Made by a program: the position numbers and the translations under genes
Notes under the pieces: generated by a model
Database searches by the model: none
Told to the model about the DNA's origin: nothing
What the model saw: the letters and a program-made list of their open reading frames with translations, nothing else
IMG/VR virus record: IMGVR_UViG_3300030376_006242
From: a virus
Lineage: Duplodnaviria > Caudoviricetes
DNA: 64,000 nt
Strand: one strand, 5' to 3'
Shown here: positions 48,430 through 57,485 of the stretch, in pieces
How the letters are laid out: the number at the start of each line of letters is the position of its first letter
Numbering within the stretch: the first letter of the stretch is position 1

Positions 48430-49713
48430 ATGCGTTCAATTACCATAGAAGAGTGTTTAGAATTAATGGCAGGGTTTTCTGCCAAAGCGGTTACGCCAGC
48501 ATTTATTCTATTAGACCGTGATAAAAAAATTATTACAGATATTGCTAAAAAAGTTTATAAAGGCACAGCATTAACTGATAGACAACTAGATGCTGTAAAA
48601 AAAATATTAATTACCAGATATAAATCACAATTTAGAATGAGGGGAATTGATTTAGAAAACAGTGTTAACAATCTAAGACAACCTTTAAGACATTTAGACA
48701 GAAGCGAATACATAAGAATTGAAGAAGGATCTAATTATTTAGAACCGTATTGGTCAGGGTTTACTCCAAGCAAAGTTGTGGTAACAAGATTTCCATTCAA
48801 CATGACTTACTCAAAACAGATTACCGAAGTAAGAAAATTACTAGGACCTTTAAACAGTAGATTTTATTCACAAAAATTAAAAGACAAATATATTTTGCCT
48901 TACACAGAAAAAATTGTACATAGACTGATTGGTAAATTTAAAAATAAAATAAAAGACATTGATCCTATTTTATTAGATGTATACAATGAATGTGAAAAAA
49001 TTTACAAAAAAGAAAGTGAATACGTTCCAGGAATCTACAATTACAAAATACAAAATAGTTCAGAAACAGTTACAAATTACTATCAAGAATATTTTGGTGA
49101 TCCAGTAAATGAAAATTTATATCTTTATTTTGACAGAAAAGAAAAAATGGGATTGAAATATTTTGATAAGGATATGTTAAAAGAATCAAGTAAAGATTTA
49201 TCTCCTTTGAGTACCGCAATATTACACAGAACATATGCCCGAATTAATTTAGATACAAAAAAATGGCCCTACGAACAAATTATTAATACAATAAGTGAAC
49301 TACGACGTTTTCCTTTATTGGTGGTATTATCTGGTACAACCGAAAAAGATAGTTTGAAAGATTTACACAAAACACATAAACTGTTTAAAAATATTGTTGA
49401 TGATAAAGATGTTAGTGTATTAGTAAGATGTAAAAATGGAACGACTTTTGGTAAAGAATTTAACGATTACATTAAAGACAACAGATTAAATAATTCACTT
49501 GCGAAAAGTACAAAAATAGTGTATATTACAAGTAAGAAGATTCCAAAGCCTTTGCTAACATCTGAATGGGAACCTGAAGCAGTACTAATTGGAGACAGTA
49601 CCAGAAGTTATACAAAGGTTGACAAATATATTGGCACCATTGATTTACAATTACAAATTAATGGACAAGACAGTTATTGGAATCAAATCCATGTTGGAGC
49701 AGACACTATATGA
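48430..49713 (+). CDS. Hypothetical protein
   Basis: 427-aa ORF coupled to the UvsW-like helicase. Confidence 0.6.
   Translation: MRSITIEECLELMAGFSAKAVTPAFILLDRDKKIITDIAKKVYKGTALTDRQLDAVKKILITRYKSQFRMRGIDLENSVNNLRQPLRHLDRSEYIRIEEGSNYLEPYWSGFTPSKVVVTRFPFNMTYSKQITEVRKLLGPLNSRFYSQKLKDKYILPYTEKIVHRLIGKFKNKIKDIDPILLDVYNECEKIYKKESEYVPGIYNYKIQNSSETVTNYYQEYFGDPVNENLYLYFDRKEKMGLKYFDKDMLKESSKDLSPLSTAILHRTYARINLDTKKWPYEQIINTISELRRFPLLVVLSGTTEKDSLKDLHKTHKLFKNIVDDKDVSVLVRCKNGTTFGKEFNDYIKDNRLNNSLAKSTKIVYITSKKIPKPLLTSEWEPEAVLIGDSTRSYTKVDKYIGTIDLQLQINGQDSYWNQIHVGADTI
49499..49527 (+). promoter_or_regulatory. Possible internal sigma70-type promoter for the helicase
   Basis: TTGCGA-17-TATATT inside the upstream CDS. 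Confidence 0.35.
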
Positions 49714-51167
49714 GATGTAAAATTGTAATCACAGATGAAGTCAATGTAAAGATTGAAGGATTACCTGTGGATGTCCGCAGAAAAATTGCTAACAAATTTA
49801 AATTTGCTGTTCCTTATGCTCGTTATCTTCCTCAATATAAACTAGGACGCTGGGATGGTAAAGTTGGTTTCTTTGGTTTAGGTGGTAACGGTTATGTGAA
49901 TCATTTAGATAAGATTATAGAATATCTTCACGAATCTGGAGTTGAGATAGAAGAAGTTAATGATAAAAGAGAAAAATTTGACTTAACATTTGATCAAGTA
50001 GACAAAAATTATTTTAGTGCTAAGACTTGGCCCAAAGGACATTTATGCGAAGGTCAACCAATTGAACTGCGTGATTATCAAGTCGATGTTATCAACAATT
50101 TTATTAAAGAACCACAAAGTTTACAAGAAGTTGCCACAGGCGCTGGAAAAACTATTATCACAGCGGCACTGAGTAGCATTTGCGAAAAGTTCGGACGTAC
50201 TTTAGTAATTGTTCCAAACAAAGGACTTGTAACTCAAACTGAAGAAGACTATATTAACGTAGGATTAGATGTTGGTGTTTACTTTGGAGATAGAAAAGAA
50301 TTAAATCGTACACACACAATTTGTACTTGGCAAAGTTTAAACGTGTTAGATAAAAAAGGTAAAGCAGGTGAATCTGTTTTTACATTAACAGATTTTTTAG
50401 ATGGTGTTAAAACTGTTATCATTGACGAAGTACACCAAGCAAAAGCAGAAGTATTGAAAAAATTATTAACACAGCATCTTAAAAATGCTCCGGTTAGATG
50501 GGGATTAACGGGCACTATTCCAAAAGAACAATTTGAATTTCAAAGTATATTAGCAAGTATTGGTCCTGTTGTAAATCAAATTTCAGCAAAAGAATTACAA
50601 GATAAAGGCGTATTATCTAAATGTCATGTGAATGTTGTACAATTAATAGACACAGAAGTTTATAAAAATTATCAAGAAGAATTAAAATATCTTGTGACCA
50701 ACGACAAAAGATTAGAATACCTTGGCAAATTAATTAACAAAATAAAAGACAGCGGAAATACTCTTGTGTTAATAGATAGACTTACAGCGGGTAAACGACT
50801 TGCTGAGATCATTGATGACAGTGTCTTCATACAAGGAGAAACAAAGTTAGCAGATAGAAAAGAACAATATGATGAGATAAGCGATTCAGATAACAAAGTG
50901 ATTATAGCAACTTATGGTGTAGCATCAGTTGGTATAAACATACCAAGAATATTCAATTTAATTTTGATAGAGCCGGGCAAGTCATTTGTACGTGTTATAC
51001 AATCAATTGGAAGAGGTATACGTAAAGCCAAAGACAAAGACTTTGTTCAAATATGGGACTTAACATCTAGTTGTAAATTTGCTAAAAGACATTTAACGCA
51101 TAGAAAAAAATTTTACAAAGAAGCAAACTATCCGTTTACGATAGAGAAAGTAGATTGGACGAAATGA
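49710..51167 (+). CDS. uvsW: SF2 DNA helicase (UvsW-like)
   Basis: LRDYQ, ATGAGKT, IIDEVH, GLTGT, GINIP and QSIGRGIR. Confidence 0.88.
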   Translation: MRCKIVITDEVNVKIEGLPVDVRRKIANKFKFAVPYARYLPQYKLGRWDGKVGFFGLGGNGYVNHLDKIIEYLHESGVEIEEVNDKREKFDLTFDQVDKNYFSAKTWPKGHLCEGQPIELRDYQVDVINNFIKEPQSLQEVATGAGKTIITAALSSICEKFGRTLVIVPNKGLVTQTEEDYINVGLDVGVYFGDRKELNRTHTICTWQSLNVLDKKGKAGESVFTLTDFLDGVKTVIIDEVHQAKAEVLKKLLTQHLKNAPVRWGLTGTIPKEQFEFQSILASIGPVVNQISAKELQDKGVLSKCHVNVVQLIDTEVYKNYQEELKYLVTNDKRLEYLGKLINKIKDSGNTLVLIDRLTAGKRLAEIIDDSVFIQGETKLADRKEQYDEISDSDNKVIIATYGVASVGINIPRIFNLILIEPGKSFVRVIQSIGRGIRKAKDKDFVQIWDLTSSCKFAKRHLTHRKKFYKEANYPFTIEKVDWTK

Positions 51168-51499
51168 ACTGTTTAGGATTATTTTTAGCAATGTCAATGC
51201 ACGTTGGTTTAGAAGCAAATTATAATAATGTACACCCACACGCAAGATGCACTGTAGACAATAATATAGCAGGAGTATTTTACAACTCCGAAGATAGAAT
51301 CAGCACATACATCGGTAAGGAGTTTGAATTAGACGAGTATTGGAATATTGAATTAGGACTTGTAACAGGATATAAATCTGAGGATATACTACCAATGATT
51401 AGATACAAAGCAGGAGGCTTATTTGTTTCTCCTGCATATGAAAAACATAACGGCGAAGAAAACTACGGTGTAGTAATAGGTTGGGAGATAGGAAAATGA
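51164..51499 (+). CDS. Hypothetical small beta-strand protein, possibly exported
   Basis: Hydrophobic N-terminus, FYNSEDRISTY and LGLVTGY. Confidence 0.55.
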   Translation: MNCLGLFLAMSMHVGLEANYNNVHPHARCTVDNNIAGVFYNSEDRISTYIGKEFELDEYWNIELGLVTGYKSEDILPMIRYKAGGLFVSPAYEKHNGEENYGVVIGWEIGK

Positions 51500-52320
51500 G
51501 AATAGCAGGAGCACAAATACCGGTCACAAATGACGTAGGTAAGAACTATGAAGCAATTAAAAAGGCTTGTGATTGGGCAATAGAAAATAATGTAGATTAT
51601 TTGTTCACACCAGAAAATGCGTTGAGTGGTTACGTTGCCGAATCCTTCAACATCAATACTTGTAAAGAAACAGAAGAAGCAATGGCAAAATTAGTAGAAT
51701 ATGCTTCAAGCAACAAGTTAGGTTTAATAGTAGGCACACTATGGTTAGATGATAAAGATAAAATTAACGGTCCTTTCTTTGGATTTAAATCTAATCAATT
51801 AAGATTTTATAACCAAGAAGGAGAATATATTGGTTCAACAAAGAAAACAAAGTTAGTAAGTTTTGATGCTGATTGTGAAAAAGAAACAAAAGCACCAGTG
51901 ATTACTTTGACCAACGGCGAAGCAAAGTTAAAAGTTGGAGCATTAATATGTAACGATCTTGTAGGCAATTACTATGGGGGCGGTGACAATCTTGCTTCTA
52001 AACTAAAAGATGAACAGGTTGCTCTTATAATTCATGCCAGCAATACACAAAAAGATCAAGGCCCGCATATTAAATTGTTACACGATAACTTCCATGATGC
52101 TTGTACTCAATTTATTACATATGCTACTAATATTCCAATATTAAGTGTGGACAATCCGTGGCACTTACATGGAGTAGAAAGCAAAGACGGAACATCATTT
52201 ACATCAGGCATATATTTCCCATTAGAGGCAAAATACCAAGCACCAAAGACAGGCACTCAATATTTTTACTATGATCATAGTGATATAACTTATTCATTCT
52301 CGGAAGGAACAGACAAATGA
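51496..52320 (+). CDS. Carbon-nitrogen hydrolase (nitrilase superfamily)
   Basis: IAGAQIP, FTPENALSGY (Glu), KTKL (Lys) and ALICNDL (Cys) triad. Confidence 0.85.
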   Translation: MRIAGAQIPVTNDVGKNYEAIKKACDWAIENNVDYLFTPENALSGYVAESFNINTCKETEEAMAKLVEYASSNKLGLIVGTLWLDDKDKINGPFFGFKSNQLRFYNQEGEYIGSTKKTKLVSFDADCEKETKAPVITLTNGEAKLKVGALICNDLVGNYYGGGDNLASKLKDEQVALIIHASNTQKDQGPHIKLLHDNFHDACTQFITYATNIPILSVDNPWHLHGVESKDGTSFTSGIYFPLEAKYQAPKTGTQYFYYDHSDITYSFSEGTDK

Positions 52321-52823
52321 AAATATTAACAGTGGAAAATATTCCATATGATCTAAACAAAATGCCTCAAACAGTTTCAGACGACATGGCATTTAGTGTA
52401 TTAGATAACAGTAATCCAAAAGAACCTGATTTCTTTTTCTTGCCATTAATTTACATTGAATCATTCAATGCTCCGGCAATAGTTTTAGAAATAGGAGGCA
52501 AAGAAGTAACTATGCCGCTTGATTGGAGCATAGCAGTAGGAGACAAAGAAGACAGTAACACAGTTGAAGTTGTACCATTAACTAGTATAGCAGACAGAGG
52601 ATTTTCAGCATTTATTTTTAATCCGTTAAATGGATTCAAAGCAGACTTTTACGAAGTAAATGTTGTTAATTTTTATAATGACGTGAAATGGTACTTTCCA
52701 AAAATTAAAAACAATCAACTTTTATCTACACCTTTGACTGATAACAAAAGTCCAGATTGTGCATTTTTTGTAAAAGATATTTCTAGACAGTGTGAAAGTA
52801 TAGAATACACTAATTTGCTCTAA
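52317..52823 (+). CDS. Hypothetical protein
   Basis: 168-aa ORF in the operon with an ATGA overlap. Confidence 0.6.
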   Translation: MKILTVENIPYDLNKMPQTVSDDMAFSVLDNSNPKEPDFFFLPLIYIESFNAPAIVLEIGGKEVTMPLDWSIAVGDKEDSNTVEVVPLTSIADRGFSAFIFNPLNGFKADFYEVNVVNFYNDVKWYFPKIKNNQLLSTPLTDNKSPDCAFFVKDISRQCESIEYTNLL

Positions 52824-53074
52824 TGCCAAAAAAGAAAAAAGAAACAGCAATGATTTATGAAAGTCCAGATGGTGGGGCGACTGTGTACGCAAGACCTATT
52901 GATGGGAAAGGTGAACGTGTTTTAATTGAACAACCAAATTTTCCGGATTGGTATTTAAATGAAGTAGAAATTTCCGAAATAGTAGATTATGCAAACGAAG
53001 GAAACAAGTCTTTACAAATACAATTAAAGAAGTTAAAATTAATGTATGATTTAATAAAGGACAATAGATGGTAA
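52823..53074 (+). CDS. Hypothetical protein
   Basis: 83 aa, IYESPDGGATVYAR motif. Confidence 0.6.
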   Translation: MPKKKKETAMIYESPDGGATVYARPIDGKGERVLIEQPNFPDWYLNEVEISEIVDYANEGNKSLQIQLKKLKLMYDLIKDNRW

Positions 53075-53550
53075 CAAAAACAAACAAACTACCTTTAAAA
53101 GACATATTAGCGGCTATCGATATGAATGCCAAGAACGTGTGGGACGAATTGTCAGATGATGAACGCAAACAAGTTTCATTCTATTTGTTGAATAGATACG
53201 TAAGTGCTATAAAAGGTAAAACAGAAGACAAGCAATTACAGATATTCAAAACAAATCAATATTATAATAAAAACTTTTTTACACTATCTTCTAAACACAA
53301 AAAATTACTTTGGTATCTTTTGTGTATGACTGCTAATACTTCTAAAAGCATTAGATATCATGAATGGATTGGTTACAAACAGAAAGTAAGCAATAGCACA
53401 GCAAAAGCAATAAAATTTTTAGAAAAACTGTATCCAACTAAAAAGCAAGATGAATTAAAATTATTAGCAACTATAAACACAACAAAAGAATTAAAACAAT
53501 TAGCAGAAGATATGGGTATGCCCAAAGAACAAATTAAGAAAACATTTTAA
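53068..53550 (+). CDS. Putative clamp-loader small subunit (T4 gp62-like)
   Basis: LKDILAAID...FYLLNRYVS...HKKLLWYLL...EWI pattern. Confidence 0.5.
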   Translation: MVTKTNKLPLKDILAAIDMNAKNVWDELSDDERKQVSFYLLNRYVSAIKGKTEDKQLQIFKTNQYYNKNFFTLSSKHKKLLWYLLCMTANTSKSIRYHEWIGYKQKVSNSTAKAIKFLEKLYPTKKQDELKLLATINTTKELKQLAEDMGMPKEQIKKTF

Positions 53551-53996
53551 TGAGTAACAGATTTCATTTAGCCATTGAGGCCGGCAATTTAAAAACAGCA
53601 GTAGACTTTTATGTCAATGTGCTAGGGTGTACAAAACATAACAGTGAATTTAAGTATCCAGATGCTTGGGTAGATATAAACTTTTGGGGCAACGAATTGA
53701 CACTACACGGCTCAGATCCTACAAAGAAAAAGCAAGGAGAAAGACACAATGTGGACATGGGCAATGTCAGTGTACCACACTTTGGTGTACACTTGTCTAG
53801 AGAAGCATTTGATGAAGTAAAGAGAAGATGTATTGAACACAATGTAGAATTCATAGACAAGCCGTACTTAAGATTCGAAGGCACTGATCTAGAACAAGAA
53901 ACAATGTTCATTGCTGATCCACACGGCAACGCAATGGAAATTAAAACAATGAAAAATCCTGAGGAGTTATGGAAGATACAATCCAAACAAAATTAA
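53550..53996 (+). CDS. VOC/glyoxalase family protein
   Basis: FHLAI, FYVNVLGC, WVDINFWGNELTLH, VPHFGV and QETMFIADPHGNAMEIK. Confidence 0.85.
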   Translation: MSNRFHLAIEAGNLKTAVDFYVNVLGCTKHNSEFKYPDAWVDINFWGNELTLHGSDPTKKKQGERHNVDMGNVSVPHFGVHLSREAFDEVKRRCIEHNVEFIDKPYLRFEGTDLEQETMFIADPHGNAMEIKTMKNPEELWKIQSKQN

Positions 53997-54385
53997 ACGA
54001 ATACAAAGAGCATATAGAAACTCTTAAAAGCATAGATGAACTTGAAGTTTACAATTGGATGATGAGTCTGGGTGCAAAATTAAATGATGATGCTTTGTCC
54101 GAAGACAAGCGAATAATTGATAACAAAATAAAACAATGTCAATTTGACCTTTACGTTGACAGAGAAGATAATAAATTTAAAGCATGGAGCAACGGAATGA
54201 TTGCGGCTGGATATGCCTATATCCTATTAGATATTTTTAATTCTTTACCCGCAGAAGAATCTAAAAAGATTACTGAAGAACATTTTCAAACGATCAAATT
54301 GGATGAAATGTTAACTATGAATAGAAAAACAGGATTCTATGAAATGGTGGGTCTGATGATTAACAAAGTAAAGGAAGTAAAATGA
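53969..54385 (+). CDS. SufE/CsdE-like sulfur-acceptor protein
   Basis: YNWMMSLG, NKIKQCQFDLYV (conserved Cys), SNGMIAAG and LTMNRKTG. Confidence 0.6.
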   Translation: MEDTIQTKLNEYKEHIETLKSIDELEVYNWMMSLGAKLNDDALSEDKRIIDNKIKQCQFDLYVDREDNKFKAWSNGMIAAGYAYILLDIFNSLPAEESKKITEEHFQTIKLDEMLTMNRKTGFYEMVGLMINKVKEVK

Positions 54386-55065
54386 TTGAAAAACTTTACA
54401 CGTGCAAATACTGTGGAGCAAAATTCGCCAAAGAAAAAACTTTAACTGTACATATGTGTGAACAAAAAAGAAGATTTACACAAAAAGATGAACGTAGAGT
54501 GCAACTAGGATATCAAACATTTGTAAGATTCTATGAACTATGTCAAAAGTCTAGCAAACCAAAAACATACGAAGACTTTTGTAAATCTCCATATTATACA
54601 GCATTTGTTAAGTTTGGTAGTTTTATCAGCAATGTAAAACCATTATATCCTCACAAATATATTGACTATGTGGTAACATCGGGTGTAAAATTAGATCACT
54701 GGTGTAGAGAAGAAATGTATTTGAAATATGCAGGTGATTTAATATTAAGAGAAAAAGTAGAAACAGCAATGGAACGTTCTATAAAAACTATGATGGATTG
54801 GGGAGATGAAAAAGAAGCACCGTGGAGTGATTATTTTAGATATGCTAGTTTGAATAGAGCAGTTATTGATATTAAAGATGGCAAAATAAGTCCTTGGTTA
54901 ATATTAAATTGTAAGAGCGGAAAAGAGATGATGAAAAAATTTAATGACGAACAATTACAGATTGTGTATCCGGTTATGGATCCATCTCATTGGGCATTAA
55001 GATTTAAAAGACTGCCAGCAGATATTGAAATGGTCAAAGAAATTGTAAAGGAGGCAAAATTATGA
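54382..55065 (+). CDS. Hypothetical protein with an N-terminal Zn finger
   Basis: CKYC...HMC; GKISPW. Confidence 0.6.
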   Translation: MIEKLYTCKYCGAKFAKEKTLTVHMCEQKRRFTQKDERRVQLGYQTFVRFYELCQKSSKPKTYEDFCKSPYYTAFVKFGSFISNVKPLYPHKYIDYVVTSGVKLDHWCREEMYLKYAGDLILREKVETAMERSIKTMMDWGDEKEAPWSDYFRYASLNRAVIDIKDGKISPWLILNCKSGKEMMKKFNDEQLQIVYPVMDPSHWALRFKRLPADIEMVKEIVKEAKL

Positions 55066-55712
55066 TTACAGAAAACAATGTTGTTCCATTATTTGGTATA
55101 CCACTATGTAAAACAAAGATAAGACCTTATGAAGAAAGTGAAGACTTTATCAAAACAAAATTAGAATATGAAGAAAGGTCACACAAAGTTTCTTTTATAT
55201 CTAAAGATGATTATGTATTAGACAAAGAAAACTTGCTACCATTGAAAACCGAGATAATGAATCAAGTTAGTGAATTTATGCATGGATATTTGGATATACA
55301 CCCAAAACATCAATTTGTAATGACAACAAGTTGGTGTAATAGATATGAACAAAATCATTTCATACAAGAGCATTATCATAGCAACAGTTTAGTATCAGGA
55401 GTATTGTTTTTAACAGATTGTAAAGATACAGCAGATATTGTGTTTCATAAAGACAAGAATCACACTAACATATGTACAGACACAGTTAGATTAGATCACA
55501 AAGATAATTTCGATGTGTCACAAAAGAGAAGTTATCTTTATCATCAATCGCAGATAGGTATATCTCCTGAGAAATGGGATTTGATAATGTTTCCAAGTTT
55601 TTTAAATCACAGTGTAAATGTAAACCAATCCAACAATATAAGATATACATTGTCATTTAATGTTTGGGTAAAAGGTGAAGTAGGTGGAGGACATAGTAAA
55701 CTTGTTTTATAA
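55062..55712 (+). CDS. Putative 2OG-Fe(II) oxygenase (paralog of 18897-19535)
   Basis: SWCN, HYHSNSLVSGV, MFPSFLNHSV and RYTLSFN. Confidence 0.8.
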   Translation: MITENNVVPLFGIPLCKTKIRPYEESEDFIKTKLEYEERSHKVSFISKDDYVLDKENLLPLKTEIMNQVSEFMHGYLDIHPKHQFVMTTSWCNRYEQNHFIQEHYHSNSLVSGVLFLTDCKDTADIVFHKDKNHTNICTDTVRLDHKDNFDVSQKRSYLYHQSQIGISPEKWDLIMFPSFLNHSVNVNQSNNIRYTLSFNVWVKGEVGGGHSKLVL

Positions 55713-55714
55713 AA

Positions 55715-56272
55715 ATGTTTGATATAGATATAGATTTTGCTGATAGAAATGTGTTGTTAGAAAAACTAAAGCACAGAATTGCTAAATTAGAAAATGGCAA
55801 GAAGCATAATACAGGCGTATACTTCACAGAGATTCCGCATGATCCAGCAACAAACTTATCTACTTTAGATTATGAAACTGCTGAAGATAGAAACTATTTT
55901 AAGATTGACTGCTTAAATGTAAGCATATACAAAGATGTTAAAGACCACGATCATTTGAATAAACTTATGACAACAAAGCCTATGTGGGAATTACTTGAAG
56001 CAAAAGATTTCAGTGACCAAGTGTTTCATTTAAATGGACACAATGAAATACTGAAGAAACTTAAACCCAAGAATATAGAACAATTGGCGGCTGTTTTGGC
56101 AATCATAAGACCTAGCAAAAGATATCTACTGAATAAAGATTGGGATACAATAATGAAAGAAGTTTGGGTTAAACCAACTGATGACAAATACTTCTTTAAG
56201 AAATCACACGCAACATCATACGCATTCGCAGTTGTGGTACACATGAATCTTATTTGCGAACAACTAACTTGA
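55715..56272 (+). CDS. Minimal DnaE (DNA polymerase III alpha)-like protein, 185 aa
   Basis: DIDIDF, KHNTGVY, FKIDCL, VFHL, LAIIRP and FKKSHATSYA occur in DnaE order. Confidence 0.75.
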   Translation: MFDIDIDFADRNVLLEKLKHRIAKLENGKKHNTGVYFTEIPHDPATNLSTLDYETAEDRNYFKIDCLNVSIYKDVKDHDHLNKLMTTKPMWELLEAKDFSDQVFHLNGHNEILKKLKPKNIEQLAAVLAIIRPSKRYLLNKDWDTIMKEVWVKPTDDKYFFKKSHATSYAFAVVVHMNLICEQLT

Positions 56273-56638
56273 TTACTTAGGTTTTCGGACTAATTGAACT
56301 GATTTTCTCTTGCTTCTTTTCATAGCAAGATTGTTAAGACTTGTTACAGGACCTATTTTTACACTGACATCTTTGGTATTCATCATCATTAAAACGTCCT
56401 TGAATTTCATTAATTCTTTCCTTAGAAAGATGCCAATTGGGATCATTCTGTTGCTTTCCCACCACCACGTTTGACATAAACCCATAAATTTTTCTCTAGC
56501 ATTCACATGAATGTCTTCATATACATACATCGAGGTAATGGAGTTGTCTTGGTTGTTAATCACACCAACGTACTCTTTTCCACCGTATTCGACGACCGAT
56601 ATGAACGGGAAGTTCTTTTCTATGTCGTTTAACAGCAT
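56273..56638 (-). CDS. Hypothetical protein
   Basis: 121 aa, YVGVINNQD and WWWESNRMIPI. Confidence 0.6.
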   Translation of the reverse strand: MLLNDIEKNFPFISVVEYGGKEYVGVINNQDNSITSMYVYEDIHVNAREKFMGLCQTWWWESNRMIPIGIFLRKELMKFKDVLMMMNTKDVSVKIGPVTSLNNLAMKRSKRKSVQLVRKPK

Positions 56639-56664
56639 TTTAATATCAATAAATACATAAGATT

Positions 56665-57450
56665 ATGCAACTTGTGCCAAAATATTTATTAAATAACAAT
56701 GTATCTCTTACCGCGAATCTGGCAGGAGAAATAACGGAGTATAGATCAGTGTATCAAAGAAATTTAAATGTAGTCAGAGGAATAGACAACACAATACAGT
56801 TCAACGTGCTAAACGCAGATCAAAAACCGGTGTCTATATTGAACACATACACACCAAAGTTTCAATTGTATGACGAATCAAACAGATTGATTGTTGAAAA
56901 GGACGGCACAGTCATAGAAACATCAACACCAAGTAAAGTAGGACATTTCACTGTCACAATTAGCGAAAATGATTTACTAAATGTTAAATCACAATATATG
57001 CATTACACTGTATATCTTTCAAAAGATTCTGATGCTTCTAAAACTATCCTACATAGTGGTACAAATTTTACAAACAAAGGCATAATATATGTCAGTACAG
57101 AAGAATTTCCAGGACCTTTAAATTCATATTCAATCACAACGTTCACAGAAGATAATCCAAGTTCTGGTATATTTTTATCTGAAACAGTAACAGCAGAACC
57201 AACAATTAATGGTAATTCTGCTTTACACACTGTGGCTTATTATCTAGATGAAGCAATAGGTGACATTGTTGTACAAGGCACACTTGATAATCAAATAAAC
57301 GGAGCAACATATTGGTCAGATATCAATACTTTCACAGCAACTGATTCTGATACAATCAAGTATGTAAATTTTAATGGCGTGTTCAGTCATTTAAGATTCA
57401 AACATACATTAAGTTCTGGTAGTGTTACCAAAATATTAGTTCGAAACTAA
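56665..57450 (+). CDS. Hypothetical beta-rich virion protein
   Basis: RGIDNTIQFNVLNADQKPV; TAAATA 9 nt upstream. Confidence 0.5.
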   Translation: MQLVPKYLLNNNVSLTANLAGEITEYRSVYQRNLNVVRGIDNTIQFNVLNADQKPVSILNTYTPKFQLYDESNRLIVEKDGTVIETSTPSKVGHFTVTISENDLLNVKSQYMHYTVYLSKDSDASKTILHSGTNFTNKGIIYVSTEEFPGPLNSYSITTFTEDNPSSGIFLSETVTAEPTINGNSALHTVAYYLDEAIGDIVVQGTLDNQINGATYWSDINTFTATDSDTIKYVNFNGVFSHLRFKHTLSSGSVTKILVRN

Positions 57451-57479
57451 TTGACTTTTTCATTATTTTAAATTATAAT
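57451..57479 (+). promoter_or_regulatory. Sigma70-type promoter for the primase gene
   Basis: TTGACT-17-TATAAT; ATG 6 nt downstream. Confidence 0.8.
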
Positions 57480-57485
57480 ACAAGC

